Below are positions 1 to 15,900 of a DNA stretch of 64,000 nucleotides, in pieces. The notes below the pieces were generated by a model, which saw only the letters and a program-made list of their open reading frames with translations, searched no databases and was not told the DNA's origin. Numbering within the stretch: the stretch's first letter is position 1; the number at the start of each line of letters is the position of its first letter. The DNA comes from the human T2T-CHM13v2.0 reference genome, Homo sapiens. The DNA is taken from assembly GCF_009914755.1 (NCBI RefSeq), contig NC_060932.1; one strand, written 5' to 3'. The position numbers and the translations under genes were made by a program.

Positions 1-519
1 CAAGATGCCTGGATACAGCTGTTTGGCTTGCTCCTTCAGGCCTTGCTAAATCCCTGGATTCTTCCCAGCTCTCTGAGACCTGTCCTCCTGTAGCATCCTC
101 CTTGACTTCTGATTCCCAAATTCTTTTTCTAATTTATGATCCATGACTTGCCCTATGAGTACAGGGAAACATTGGAGAAATGCTTTATCCTTTGCTACTT
201 TAATATGCTCCAGTTGCCCTTTAGCCAAAAATGGTTCCGATGTGAATTAAAAAGAGTGAAGTTTTCTGCCAACATGTTATGATGGAACTAGCTGCAATCA
301 TGTTCAATGTCTACTCTCGATTAAATTTCACTCTTTGGAAACCTACCTTGCTGTACTTTTTAGTTGTTATGATGAATGCCATGGTGCCTTAAAAGACAAC
401 AGCATTAGATTTTTAAACTTGGTGTCTGTAATAGAGATGACACTCCGCTTGCTTTTAATCTCAGAACCTCTTGATATTGTGGAGTTTACTATTTAACAAG
501 CCAATGGATTTCTCTGACT

Positions 520-675
520 TCTTGGGCTGGAAAAAATCTTAGAGGTGATCAAGCCCCTCTTTTTAGAGAAGAGAAAGATGAGAATTAAGTAACTTGCCCC
601 ACATCATTTGGTTAGTTCTGTAATTAACATCCAGGGCCTGATATTCCATCTCCATCTTCTTTCTACCATACCAAG
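520..675 (+). mobile_element. MIR fragment
   Basis: Core-like 'attaagtaacttgccccacatca' and MIR-like flanks. Confidence 0.55.
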
Positions 676-2594
676 CTACAAACAGGACCATTTCATGAAT
701 TGATTTCATTGCTATCACTAATCATCAGCAGTGTAAAAGGAATTACCTGAAAGACAGACACTAAATGGCTTAATACCAAATAAATGAATAATTACGTTGT
801 TTAAAAAAGTATACTGATACATTTAAGCACTGTGAAAAAAACCTGAGGTATGCAATCAATTATCTGGAAATTTCTGAACATTTGACATTATAGACTTGTA
901 GGAGTACAGTACCCATTGGGTATTAGCACTTGGCTCAAATCTCTCTAATATTTCAAAGGAGAAGCAATCACTCCATGTTGGCATTTGACAGCAGGAAACA
1001 CATAAGGTGATTATATTTTAACTATGTCCTATTATTTATATTTCAAATGTCATTAGTTTATAAGAGATGGCCAAATATGTAAGTTGTTGTAATGTAATTA
1101 CAGTTTGGGAGTGAAATGAAATGATAAAGAAAAAATACATTAAAGAGACTGACTGTACCATATGGCTCTCAAAGTCAACCAAATCTCTTTTTGGACGACT
1201 CTCAAAGACCCTAAGAACTGGCTATTTTAAAAGAATATTTCACTTTGTAATGTAAAAGAAAGGTTCCTGATTTTGTCATTAAATGTAAATGTACTCAATA
1301 TTTGAATATAAGGCATTCCAGTTTCCATTTAAAGACATGGAGTAGAATTGCATCTTTTTTTTTTCCCCATAAAATGCAATTACGGAGAAAAGAAGAGCTT
1401 CTGAGTGAATTATTTGAAGTAGAAAATCTTAATCAACCTCTTTCAGGGAAAAGGAGCTCTACACTGGGTAACATCATAATTCTCAGGTTGCTACAGACAC
1501 AAACACACTATTAATAATGTGTTGTTTTCATTTTTTTCTCTTTGACAAAGATCACAAGTAAATATCCAACATTCTAAAACACATGGCCTAATTCTGCAAG
1601 CTGTTATAATGAAGTCCTTTGAATTATTATAAATGCTGGAACATTAAAAATTCATCAGCAAGGAGAGAGAGGTGCTTTCTATTTGTGGTGTTCTGAATTT
1701 AAACACAACCTGCTAAGAATGGCTGATTGTCCCAAGGAAGCACCGCTGACAGCCATCAGCAGGTCTGTGTAAATGGTGTATGGAAAAGGTAATAAGAGCT
1801 TCAGGAGTATATTTCAGCCCATATAATAAAGTAATTGTGAAAGTATAATTGCAGTCTGGTTCCATACCATATTAGGGGAAGAAATGAGATGGTAAGAAAA
1901 TATGAGATTCACGGAATTATTTTGTAAGCAATTTCTGCAATGACTCTCACAGAATAAGTAGAATTTGTCAGAAAAGCAATTTTAAAATGCACAACGATGT
2001 TTACCTTTTGAAACCCATTATGATGAATCGGAACAAAATGAACACGGATTATTTGACTATTCTAAAAATATCCTGAGCTTATGAACACTTCATACATAAA
2101 AATAGTATTGAGTAATGTTAAACAAGTGATTTCAGCCCATTAAGGCATTAAAAAAAAGAGTTGAGCATGAACTCCCATTTTTTATTTTTGAATGATACCT
2201 AGTTCAAATTTCCAAAGATTTAAATATTTGCACGATTAGAATTTCAATTTTTAAAAATTCATTCCTTTAGCTACTTCATAAACAATCACTATTGGCTTAA
2301 GTTACCAAGTTACTGCATCCCACATGCTATCAGTTGCTGTCACAGCAAGACTTGAGACAGGGCAAGGAATGCTGGTTCTACTCTCGGTCATCTCATCTAG
2401 ACTAAAGGAAAGGAAAGGAAAAGCGCAGAGAGGGTAAATGCACAAGTGAATGCAGGGGTATTCAGAGCTCAATAGTAATAGTATTTAGGTCAAATATTAA
2501 AGTTGTCCATTTAATTCTCAGCTGACTCATCTTCTGTTAATAGGGTTATGTGTATCACATCTAAGATTATTACCTCTGTAAGTACACAGATTTT

Positions 2595-2675
2595 TTTTCT
2601 TTTTCTATCCTCACCATTTTAGCACAGTTCCTGGCACAAAATAACCATTCGGAAAATATTTAATGAATAAATTAA
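2595..2675 (+). mobile_element. L2 3' end fragment
   Basis: 'tagcacagttcctggcaca...aaatatttaatgaataaa' resembles the L2 tail. Confidence 0.55.
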
Positions 2676-3346
2676 CCAATATCACAAATGTCATGCTCCT
2701 GGAAGCCTTCTCTGTACCAACCCTATGGCAAATGTTCTAAAACCCCTATAAAATTGGGATATGGGATCAGGTATAAGGAATCTACATCTCTTAGTCATTA
2801 ATTTTTCATTTTATTTTAATGAGACCTTGAGAATAAATGTACATAAACTGCAGACACATAGTATTCATTCTCCTAGACTGCTGTTGCAGATGAAACTTCA
2901 AAATGTGTTAAATATGAGGAAATTACCTTGATTTGGACAAAGGCAAAATCTAAAACGCTTATTTTTATATGCCTAAACTGAGTTTTTAGAAGGAAAAACA
3001 TATTCTTGTCAATAAGAGCAAATATCCATTATTTACACATGTCCATTTAACAAAAACTTCCAAAACCAGATTAAGGCTAAAATGAGGAAAAGGGGGAAAA
3101 ATCCAAAAAACAAACAAACAAAACCTTTTATTTTTATGGTGTTCTATGGACATCGTGTAGTTTGACATTTGTTGAGAAGTCTTCTATGCACACACCTAAA
3201 ATCTATGCATGCCACCCTGCCAAACCAAAGCTACTGGGTGTCCCCTAACAATAATGGGGAAGATGGGAGAGCCTGGCTGCCCAGAAACAGAAGCCCACTG
3301 TGGGCAGGTGAGGATGCAGGTGGGAGAGTGGTAGTGAAAGGGCATC

Positions 3347-4031
<685 letters not shown>

Positions 4032-7000
4032 GCATCTAAGAAAGTAATTCAGAAGAATCTTGAAAATAGTATCAATCATCTTACAAATTATGTCTGCCTG
4101 TGGTGGAAGGAAGAGAAGAAGGGAGGAAAGAAGGAAGTATGGGAGAAAGGAATCCATGCCTCATGCCATTTATTATGTTACAGGCCTCTCTCAGCCCTAT
4201 ACCTGCCCCCACTTCACCCCCAAACTATCATCATAGTTGTTCAATTTCTTGCTGATCCTTTTCTTGAATTTTCCAAATTCGCTTCATGTTAGGTTTTCTA
4301 TTAATGCCTAACAATATAATACCACACTTGACTATCTCCTGCCATCACTAAACATCATCAGTTTCTGCAAATAACAGAGGGATTTTTCTCTTCCACCTAC
4401 ACATAGGATATTTGACTTCCTCCCTCTTTTCCATTTTCTCCCTACAAAGCATAACGTAGGTCGGCCTGGGGCACCAGCAACTATTGAACCCTAACTGAAG
4501 TCATCCAGTTTAGACTAAGATAAAATACTTTGTCAAGCTTTCTTATCAAAAGTAGAGAATTAGTGAAAGTCAGGGAAAGAATCAGGGGAAACAAATCATT
4601 CCATTCTCTGTGGTAAAGATGACCTAATAAAAGGAAGTTTTTCAAGGCCTCAACTCTATTTTTTAATAATAAGGACAAAAGAGTATTATGTTGTGTCATG
4701 CGTCTCCTAGGAGCAAAGAACTATATCCCAAAGCAGTAGAACTATAGAACAGCAAAGACTATTTTCCTAGAACAGAGTTGACTTAATTGTAAGTGCTTCA
4801 AAGTATCATATTCACATTAAAATAGACATGAGTGTGTTGTAGAATATAAGATCCACATATTGCTTAAAGATGAAACCTTAGCCTTCTAAGACCTATGTAG
4901 ATTGCAGAGGCAGTTCCAGGGATCTTCGTCTAGCCCCCTGAGATATAAATTCCCTCCCATTCATTAGGGCACTCCAGTGGAAAAGTTGGAAAGCTTTGCT
5001 ATGTGGATACTGGAAGATTATGAGATACCTTCAAAAACGCCAACAGAGATTTCTGAATATGTTTGGACACTTTAATATACTCTCCAAATTTACTAATAAT
5101 ATGTGTATTTACCACTAAGCAAGCTATTTCAGGAAAGCAATTACTAATAACTTGAGTAAATATTACTCCACAATTAGAACAGATTGGAAGTTAACTCAGC
5201 AGGTGTTCTTCTAAGACTACACATAAAGCATTAATATTCATGCTAATGTCTGGGCTTATCAATTAAAAAATTAATCTGCATGTAGACTACAACTTCATAT
5301 GTGCTTTAAGAAGTTAGATTTTAACATAACTCCAACTTTTGGCTAAAGTATAAAACCTCTAAAAGGTTATCTTTCATTGAAAAGCCATCAAAAGATAGAT
5401 CAATTGCTGGTCATTCATTTCAACATGTGAGTCCGCCCAGGGAAGTCCTCTCTGGCACATTGTTACTAGAAATGAACATTAGCCCACTGACAACAGCAAT
5501 TTGAATTCCACCCCAACTTTCCCCAGCACATTATCTCTACATTGGCAGCAGTATCTTCCTCAAACACAGTTCTAATCTTTTCACGCCCCTTAATCCTAAA
5601 CTGTACCTGGCTCTCCCTATTGCTTATTCCTGCAGGCCCCTCCCGGTTTGCCATGCCCCATCTCCCACTACCGAAACCCCAGGCAACTCCCAGTAGACTC
5701 CCCCTCGGAGAGCCAAGGATGTCGCCCCTCCATGCGTTGCCTCGTTTTCTCTCTTTTGCAGCCTTTCACTCGAGTTTTTGCAACTTTTCACTAGAGGAAA
5801 ACTTATTACACATGACTAATTAGTGTTGATACTCTCTCTGATAATCAGAACTCTGTCACTCATGTATTTCCAGTTTTGCTCAGATGAAGAGCAAGAGGCC
5901 AATTTAAATGTTGAATTATAGCTTAATATGTAGGTCAAGAAGTATGCTTGCATCTCCACTTCCGGGAGATAACGTTCTATGTTAATTCAAATAGCCCTAT
6001 TGTATGTGTGGCTTTTATTTTGAGTTATCATAGATCATTTTATAAAAGGTGAGAAGTCTAAAAAATAATTCAAAAAATTAGGAGTAACTTTCCCCTTCTT
6101 CACTGCTGGATTTTTGAGGCCAATTGAAATGCCATCTCCTCCAGGAAGCAACAGGGATTCCTCCAACTTCAACTTTTCCTTTTATACTGCCAGCACTTTG
6201 ACCACAGACTTCATATCACATCAATTATACTGTGGTTCCATGATAGTTATCTGTATTCCTCTCTTATTAGCCATATGGAGGGAGGGTTCACGACTTATTC
6301 ATCTCTGTGTCCCTCCCTGACCCCCTTAACACTTAAAGTTCTGCACTCTGTGTTCAAAAAATGCTTTTCAATTTCTGAAAATGAATTAAGTGTCCCTTAT
6401 TAACAACCCCAAAGCTTTTTAACAAGCGCATTCCAAATTTTTTTTAAAAAGTTGACTTCTTAGGCTCAAATATTCTCATTTCATCCCTATGCAAATATTT
6501 GTATAGGGACCACATTAGAGCTATCTGAAAATAAGAAGTTATAATGGAAACAGTGACACAGCCTTAAGTGAGGCAACCGAAATAGGAACTACTTTAATAC
6601 TTTTACTGAAATGTTCTCTGCTTGATAAAGTTCATTACCAGAATATCATCTTTAAAAGTGAAATGCATTCAGCTGAGCACTTTTTTTTCATTTTGTAAAT
6701 AGATTTTTTCCTTGCCTAAGCTCTCAGTATAAAGCACAAAATAGTCTTCCATAACATTAGAAAAATGTCACCCCGCACATAGAGCTGAATTTTTAAAATA
6801 AAATAGATTTTTCTTCTTTAGCATTTTAAAGGTACAGCAGTGCCTTCATATAGTGATCATCGGTACTGCATACTATATGAAGGCTGGATCGTCAGCCTGC
6901 AATTTGTTATGTTCTAAAATGAGTTGAGATAATATATTAGAGCCTAGAACAAAGTTATAAGTCCCTATGGGATATCCTAAGTCCATAAAGTCACCATCCT

Positions 7001-8369
7001 TTCAACATTACCCTACTTATTACTCTAGTTATATTTAAAATGACCCTGGTGCTAATCTTTTTCTCACCTATTCAAAATGACATTAAAAAGTAATTATGCA
7101 CTAAATTTACAGCCCAAATCCCAAAGTTTCCTGTTACATAAAATGAAAGCTTATGTATGGCATAATTGTTTTTATTTTTTTCCTGTTTTTACATTATTAA
7201 GTTCTTGATTAGTCTGGGGTATTGTAGCCAAAGTTACCTTACAAAGTAAGTTTCACTCCACTTTAAAATCTCACATGTACCATATTGGGTTTTAGGCATT
7301 TCAGTAAGATAAATGGCTTATCACCACCACTGTATCTTGACCAAGCAGTGATAGCAGAAATGAATCTTCAACCAAAGAGCCATTTTTCTAAGAAATGAAC
7401 ATTCATATGTTTAATAATGTCATTTTACAATAAGCATTATATTCTTGCTATTTTCTCCAAAATTCAGAAACAACTGTATGAACCTTCCACCTCTCAGAAA
7501 TATATCCTTCCTTCCCTCCCCCACCCCAGGCCAGATCTTTTCTCAAGATTGCAAGTTATAGAAAGGCAATTGACCTCAGTAAATTTTTCCACTGGCTTAC
7601 ATTTTTTCTTTCTTTTCTAAGTACTCTTTAGGGGGGAAAAAAAAAGAAAGAAAGATAAACACACTTCGTATAGCAAGTGCCATAAGAAAAATATGTTCTG
7701 GCAGACTTTTCCCAACTTGTAACTGAAAAGAATTTACATCATCCAAGTATATTATAAGTACAGAGAGTAAAAGAAAGAAATCTCAAAATAGATTTTTGTT
7801 CTACTTTCAAACTCCAAGGCTCAGGGAACACAAGTGTTTCACTTAAGAAATGAATAACAAATGACTTCAGTACACATACACCTTTCTCTTTTTGGAAAAA
7901 TTGCACATAAAAGAGCATTTTTTGGCACGGCTGACCTGCAGAGATATGGAGCTAAGCAGAGTCATGAATTCACTCACTCTGATATGCACACATGATACGC
8001 AATTAAAATCTCCATTCACATTCCTGCCGGGTTGTCAATCATGAGGAAAGCCTTTTTGACAACATTCAGCGAAGCGTACCAACTAACCGCTCAACAGGAA
8101 CTTAAACAGTAACAGCTTTTGTTACTAGCAAGAACGAATTTTTCACCAAGATTGGGTTCAGTTTCTAAGAAATCATTATGCCCTGAATTTTAGGGCCTTT
8201 CATTAAAAATGAAAATGTGTCAAAAAGATTTTGTATGGCAAGCTATGTGATGTCATAACTAGAAAATACAAGATATGTAAAAAATCCTAACCTTTTCAAC
8301 TGGGTGAATCTTTTAAACTTTTTTTCCCCATTGAGAACAATGAACAATGATCTTATAAAGCAGTTTGCT

Positions 8370-8381
8370 GGGGGGGGGGGG
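8370..8381. repeat. G12 homopolymer
   Basis: Read directly. Confidence 0.9.
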
Positions 8382-9976
8382 AACGTGACATTTCTAATTC
8401 ATTCTGAAGTTTTTCAGTAGAATTTTTAAACTTTTAAAATAGATCAAGGCTCTAAACTCACTTGAAAAGTGACCAACCAATCTATAAACCAGTGGGTAAG
8501 TGACTTTTTTAATCATGAAAAGAATATGTAGCATGTTAGAAATATTGCATGCATCAAACCTTTCAATTTATGAAGCTCTGTAGAAAATATTATGCACATA
8601 AATTCTTTCCAGATGAACCCAGAAGGTACTCTGCTCATAACTTAGTTTCTGTTGAACATCTAATCAAAGACTGTGCCCTTCATAATAGCATATTAGTGTG
8701 CTTTAAAGCCATAAATCCATAAAAACAGGACCCAGTAAAATTGAATACAGGATGCTTGTTAATCTGGTACTGTGTCTGTTTTAAGCAACTAACCTTGGAT
8801 TACAAATTTGAAACAAGTTAATACTATCAGATGTTGAAATATTTGTCTTCTTACTTATCATGCTCTGTAACTGAGAGAGCAGATGCATCCTGACCATTAA
8901 CAGTCATGACAAATTGCCTTGCTAATGAATGTTACACACTGAAAGTGCCATAACTGATTAAACTACAATTTCCCACTACCAGATAGAGAGAGAGTTGGGG
9001 ACTCCAGCAGTGGGTGACTCTGATATTCTGATATTCTGCCAACAGGCCTTTAGGGCACAGTGCGATATTTAGAAAAACATTCTAAATTCCATATGAACGT
9101 ATTCTGAAAGCCTATGTGTATACAACAGGTTTTTAAAGCATATTAGATAAAACAGCTTAGGTTGTAGCTGATGAGCCATGAAAAATAGATGTGTTTAACT
9201 ATTTGGTATCCTTGCAAGTATGTGCTAAAGAATATTCTCTGATGTGGGTTTCTCTCGCTCTCTCCTTCCCTTTCCCCGCCCCCAAAACATTGCGTGTGCT
9301 TTGCATCTCACATAATCTTTTGTCAGTTCTTTTGTTGGTGCAAAATTGGCAGCAGTTCAAATTCAAAGTACTCCTATTCATTTACTGACCAATGTCATTC
9401 TAGTTCACATCAGCCAGAGAGCTAAGCTCTAAAAAACATAAAAGACTTGCTTCACCACTGACGAATAATGTGTACACTTTTACAGAGCTTAAACCTTAAT
9501 GCTTTCCCTGAAACTAACAATACAGTATATCTTATCATTCCTTTTTCACAAGCAGGCAGCTGCTGAAACGCTTGCCACTTCAAAATATCAATTGCTTGCC
9601 AGAGTTGTCCTCAACACACCCTGTCAAATTCACGTATATTGTGCAATGAAAATGGTGCAGGGCTGAAAGCTAGAAATTGTGTCAAATTCTGCTGTAAGGG
9701 TATGATGTGCAAAGAACAATGTATGACAACCGTAGAGACTACAAACAATGGCACTGGAGCCACGGACTTCATAGTTCACAACTGCGCCTGTACATATTTT
9801 ATTGTAGGCATTATATATTTAAAGCATGACAAATGTACCATTGTACATTATGTGCTGCACAAATAGAAGCTCCTCCCACTCATTCGCCTTTTGCATTTCT
9901 CTTGATGATGGAAACATAGTTGAGTTTCATTTTTTTCTCTTCTCTTAAAACACTGAAGATTCCTAAATCATAAAGG

Positions 9977-9978
<2 letters not shown>

Positions 9979-10014
<36 letters not shown>

Positions 10015-10019
10015 ACACA
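9979..10019. repeat. (AC)~20 microsatellite, one interruption
   Basis: Read directly. Confidence 0.95.
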
Positions 10020-12851
10020 AGGTTATCAAAAGAGTAACAGAAAATAGAAGGCAATAATACAAGATGAGAAAATGAGATCTTGTTCACTTAACATTTTGGC
10101 TTCTCTCTGAGGACACAAAAGCAAGGATTACCTTCAATACAAACTGAGGGTATGAAGAGAACTACACCAACACTATGCCTATAAATTGTTGTCTACCTAA
10201 TTTTAATGCAGATAAGTGCTGGCTTATTGATTTGCACAATTTTCCAGCAAAATGGAAATCCCACGTGAATATGTTCTTTGTGTGCAGAAAATATGGCTTA
10301 AGAAGCTTTTACTATTATTGCTTTCTTATGCCAAAAGAACAATTAAGAAAATAATATCTCACCACCATATCAGGTCTACAAACTAACACTGATTAATTTC
10401 TTAGATTTTAAATATCCCTTCCCATTTCCTGATTAGCTCTGTTTGCTTTAAATGGGTCTCTGGTTATTGAAAAGTTGTTTTTCTTCTAAACATCTCTTTA
10501 AATAACATGTAAAATCTGAAAATATTCTCATTTTGGTACACACCTACTTAATTATAAAGGAGCTCACGGCTATAACAACCCGACACTAATTCAGTCAATG
10601 ACTGTGGAAATGGAAACATGTTTATGGGAGAAGATTACTATGAATATATATTAATCTCTTCTACGACCTAGCTTAGGTTACAAAACCTTTATCACACAAG
10701 TAGCTTGGAGTGGAATTAACTGACTCGAGGCTAAGGAAAATGAACAGATATGTTTTTAAGGTGTTAATAAATATTTTGGAAAGAGAATAGGTGGTTTAGG
10801 TGCTTAGGGGTGCTGACCTTTGCTATGTTGATTAGTGGGACAATGATGCATTATTAACACACAGCAGCTGTACCTGAACTGCTGCCATGAATATAATAGC
10901 CTTTTATAGCCATCAGGGGAGTGAGGTAGGAGGCCTTTATTAACCACTAGACATGATTAGCACATTATGTGAACTTTACTAGGCAAATTATCTCTTATTG
11001 AAATATAATGTTGGTTATAACTAATTGTAAACATGATTTTTAAAACTTCGCAGTGAAAAATTCAAATGTTTTACTACCATTCAGCTCATTATTGGCTGGT
11101 AATCGCCGACGAAAACATGGTCTATTTTGTGGGACGTACTTACAGGAGCTGAATCTCAAAAGGCAGATTGTGTCACAGAAGGCTGCCTTTAAAATTATTT
11201 AGCATTACAAGTTCAGGGATATTAGCATACATGCAAACTTTCTCTCCCTAATTAAGTAAAAGTGTTCATGAACTAGAAAACCTGCTTTGGGATTTTTCTT
11301 TCTTTTCATTTCTTTAAGTAGTTCTTAAAAGATTAGTTTTGCAGTAAATTTTTGAGAGTTACCTTGAAAAATAACAGCATAATTTATTTCAAAAAGCTTA
11401 ATTTTGGGAGAGGAAAGATTATCCCATTAGCCTTAGTAACTGAACATAGCTCTGAGAGTCCATTATGAACAGTCTTTTATGCCCTGGCAGGAAGTCATTA
11501 ACATAAAATAAATCATTAGCTTTGATATTAAGCTTCTACTATCTGCAGGTTTCTATGATTAATGTTCATGACTGCATCTGCCAAATGATAAAATACACTT
11601 TTTGTTGAAAGGTTATCCTGCCTCTTTATTATTAACATTTCTCTTAATACAATTGTTACTGGCATTTTAGGCTGAGGTGTATTGGTATAGAAAGGAAGCA
11701 TCGGTGTTTTTCAATGGTATGAAAACACTAATGCGTATAACACTTTACCCATCATTTTTTAAATTAACCATTTAATTGAGTTAACAGACTTAAGGAAATC
11801 AGGCAGTGCTTTAGGCCCAGTTGGCCCATTCGTTAATTAATCTTGCACATTATATTTCACATCTCTGACCCATATATCAGAGGAAGGTATAGAGAGGTAA
11901 ACTTGCTTCTCTGAAGTCAGGAACAAGAGGGCATTTCCCTCTTTCACAGTTATTCTCCACTTTTATCTTCTTACAGTGCAAAACAGACAACAGCCCTCAT
12001 AATAGCATCTCTCCTTAGGTGCACTGACTCTTAATGTGGAGAGGGAAAAAGAGGCCCCCCGGGGGGCCTATCAATATCTGAGGGAGGGAGATTACACACT
12101 GTACCTACAGAGACCCCATTTTCCCAATTCACCTTTGACTCTCCGGAAAGGTTATCTCTTTGACTCTCTTCCTGAAAGAACCACTAGTCTACAACTTTCC
12201 AAAACACTTTTATTCCACTAGGGCAGCAGAAATGGAAGAAATGGGCTGAGAATGCAGTATTTTGCTGAATTCTTTGAATTTTTGAACATCTTTCACCACA
12301 AGATTTGAAATAATCTACCTACTTAATTCTCATAAGTCTTCTTTGATACAAATATATTTTCTCTACTGGATATATGGAAGACTGGAACACAGATGGATTA
12401 AAGGTTTTAGTGTCAGAACTTTTACCAGACACAGAACAAAGTCAGGCTTCTCAAGAGAATGGGAAACAGAGTGGGAGGGAATCACATCCTCTTATGGTTA
12501 GGTTTATTTTGCCTAGGGAGTAAGTCAACATAGACTTAACGGCACTTGGTTTTTATCTCAAATATTCAACATAATGGAGTCTTTCCCTGAGAAAGGCCTA
12601 TGGTTTTCCTTAAAAAGACCTGGTTCTTTAGTCTTATTAGGATATAACATGTCTGTTTAAAGCCCTAAGATTCTCAACAGCATCTTCTCCTGTGAAATAT
12701 TGCTGAGTATCTTAAAAGGGAGTGGTAACCAGGCATTCCCAGTAGTCATGATGTTTTTCCTTTGTTGCTGCTGTTATACACATTGAGGAAGTCTGCCATT
12801 TAGGATAAATCTTCATGCATTTATGGCCAGAAATATTCCAGAACCATGAGA

Positions 12852-12941
12852 AACACAAACACACACACACATGCAAATACACATGCACACACAAATCCAC
12901 CCCCACACACCCATACACATGCACATACCCATACACACACC
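12852..12941. repeat. Degenerate (CA)n-rich tract
   Basis: Read directly. Confidence 0.8.
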
Positions 12942-15900
12942 AATGTTTCTAGCTCGGTAACCCCAACCCCAAAGTGGCATCAAAGACTTCAATCAAAAGG
13001 CATTTTAGCCAAAAGCTAGTATCATCACTACTGTGGATCAGACAAATAACGTGTAAGACCACATGGCACCCAAAATACATTCTATTTTCTTGGCCACTGG
13101 CAAAGCTTCTTATCAACCAACCATGGCCTCCTTTAATTAGGAGTCCTTTCCAGACAGTTTCATAAAAGCACATAATTCAGGAATGAAAAACGATAAATAC
13201 TTGGCTAAAGCAGAACCATTTAAATCTCCCAAGCAAAAAACAAACAAACAGAAAAAAGCATTAATAGTGACCCTGGTTTCATGACCTTTGATATTATAAA
13301 TATATATCAGTGATGATTTTTTCATGAGTAACATGGAAATCTGAAAATAGCTTTTAAAATTTAACTTTAAAATTTTTATCAAGTGAGGCAAACTTGCCAT
13401 AGATCAAACTAAAGAAGTGTGGGAAATAGTGATACCTCCCATCAGGAAAGAGCAAGGAGTTTCTGGAATTACCCTCCCTTCTCGTCTTTTCTGCTGCACC
13501 GTCAACATCGAAGCACAGAGTAATATAATGTTCCCATTTTCAAAATGAATGCTGTAGGGAGAAACATGTTATAACCAGGAAAAGCTCATTCAGGTTAATG
13601 TGAATTCCATGTCTCAAAGTATTATGGAAGAACTGCTATAATTAACAGTCTGTTGGCACTTCCATTATAAACCACATTTCTAAGCAGTTTATAACTCAAC
13701 TGTTTTTAATCAGAAATTGCTCTTTGGGATGAAACTTGGCATGCAAGGTTTAAAACAAAAAATTCTCAAATTCATTAGGGCATATGTAAGCGGTATCATC
13801 TTGGCACTGTAGTTTCCTAGTGGACAGCCCATTTAACACAATTCGTTATCAATCAGGGGAGACCAGCCTATCTAGTTCTGAAAAGTGCATATTCAAAGAA
13901 AAAGATGAATTGAAAATACATCAATAACTCTGAGGTGGAAGTAAATGAAAAGGGAAAAAAGCATGTCTAAAATTGGTAAAATTAATACCTTGGGTAAACA
14001 TGCAATTTAAACAAATAAGGGAGCGTTCCAGCTTCTAAGATGTCTCAAACAGAAGCTTCTTGAGGGCAAGAACTACAGTTAGGATCATGAGAGCCACAGT
14101 GTCTAATAACTATGATGTGCTACAATCTTGTTTTCTGATAAAAGTATGAATTTTATATTCTTGTATTTGGATGTACACAATATGTTTTATTCTAAACAAC
14201 AAGTGATCATATTTTTACAATGTAATTGTTAATAGCATACAATCAACTCATGATAATTACATTTTTATTGACATGTAAGATAACTATCCTACCTATGACT
14301 TCTCAGAAATCTTGAGATTCACACTCAGATAGCTAAAATGTAGGGTGGTAAGTGATCTAAATTTGATTAATTGATTCAGTTCTACATGGCCAAACATTCC
14401 TGTTCTAGTTATCTATGTATATTCTGATGAGAATACATCCACATGCTAACCCCTGTTACTTACCTCAAGTGTAACCCAACCTAATTTACTGTATTCCAAC
14501 TGAAGATCACAGTCCCATCTTCATACTATTTTGGAATCTAAACATAGCCTTCTCACTGAGGAAGGATGTTTAAGGGGCTTATCTCTGAGCTCTAAATACA
14601 CTGCATAAAATGGTAGGGGGTGTGGAAGGGACACTATGATAGCTTAGAAATATCAGTCATAGTTATTTTTCCTCTCAGCATCACATGAAGGTTGTCTTAC
14701 TCTAGTACAATATTGTATAACTCCACATCATCCATTCAGGTAGGGGGGATGGGGAAAGGAAAACAGCATAATTTGGGATTTCAAAAAGCAGATACAAGCC
14801 TGAGGGCTGGTAGATTCCAAATAGAAAATGGAATCAGGTTACTGCAAGAATGGATATGTTCGCATGATTATGGTGATGATGAAGGAAGGTAAGCTGAAGA
14901 GGGAGCCAGGCAGCCGAGGCAACCACAATGGTGATTAGTATCCAGTGGAGAAGAGAGTTCAGATTAGAAGTACAGACCTCCTAGGTTCAAATTAAGATTG
15001 GGGAGGAGACTAGCAAAAGCAAGGGTGGTCCCAGGAGTTGGAGTGGCTGGGAAATGGGTAACTGGGAAGGAGATGGAGAGGTGGGAGGTAAGAGGCGCTG
15101 GGCATACTGGTAGACCTGCGACTGAGGGCTGGCTTTAAAACAGAATAGGAAGAATCATCAGTATTTGAGAAACACCCGCAGGGTCTTTTGAAGTTTCTAA
15201 TGTCCTAGCAAAAGTTTAGAAAGCATTATAATAAATCACCCTTCACAGCTAAATAAAATCACTGTGCTCCCCACTACCTTCGTCATTTTCTAGGCCAACC
15301 CTCTTGAATGGAGCCCATCACAAAAAACGTATGACCACTAGAAATAGTCTCACATACCAAAACCAACATTTGAGAACCAGGTTGGTACCCAGGAAACCAC
15401 CCCTAAAACTGGAAATTTCCCTACTTCTTCCTGTTCCACTGTTCTTAATTCCCTTGCAATCACATCATTTAAACAAAATCCACAATAATCATTCAATTAG
15501 ATATTTACATATTAGTTTAGTTTTTGTAACTAAGCAAAATACCAAAATTCTCCTTAATATCATTTACTAACTTTTAAAATATATGATAAACTGTGAGAAT
15601 ACTAAACTACCTATGCAATGTTAAAAATAACATCAGATCCCTCTATAGCTCATACTTATAACTTTGTTTGCATAGACATTTAAAATTGAATTTGCAATAC
15701 TGAAATAACCCACACAGTCAAGATAGCTACATTTGAAACTTTTCTATAATATCTGATTTAGTGGCCAAAAAACCATGATTGCTTGGTTTATGCTCTTTCT
15801 TACATAGGCATTTATTTAAAACATATTTAACAACCTGAAAACTTCTGAAAAGTGCCAGCTGATAAAACTCCCAGGGGAATTTTAATTATATATATGTGAT

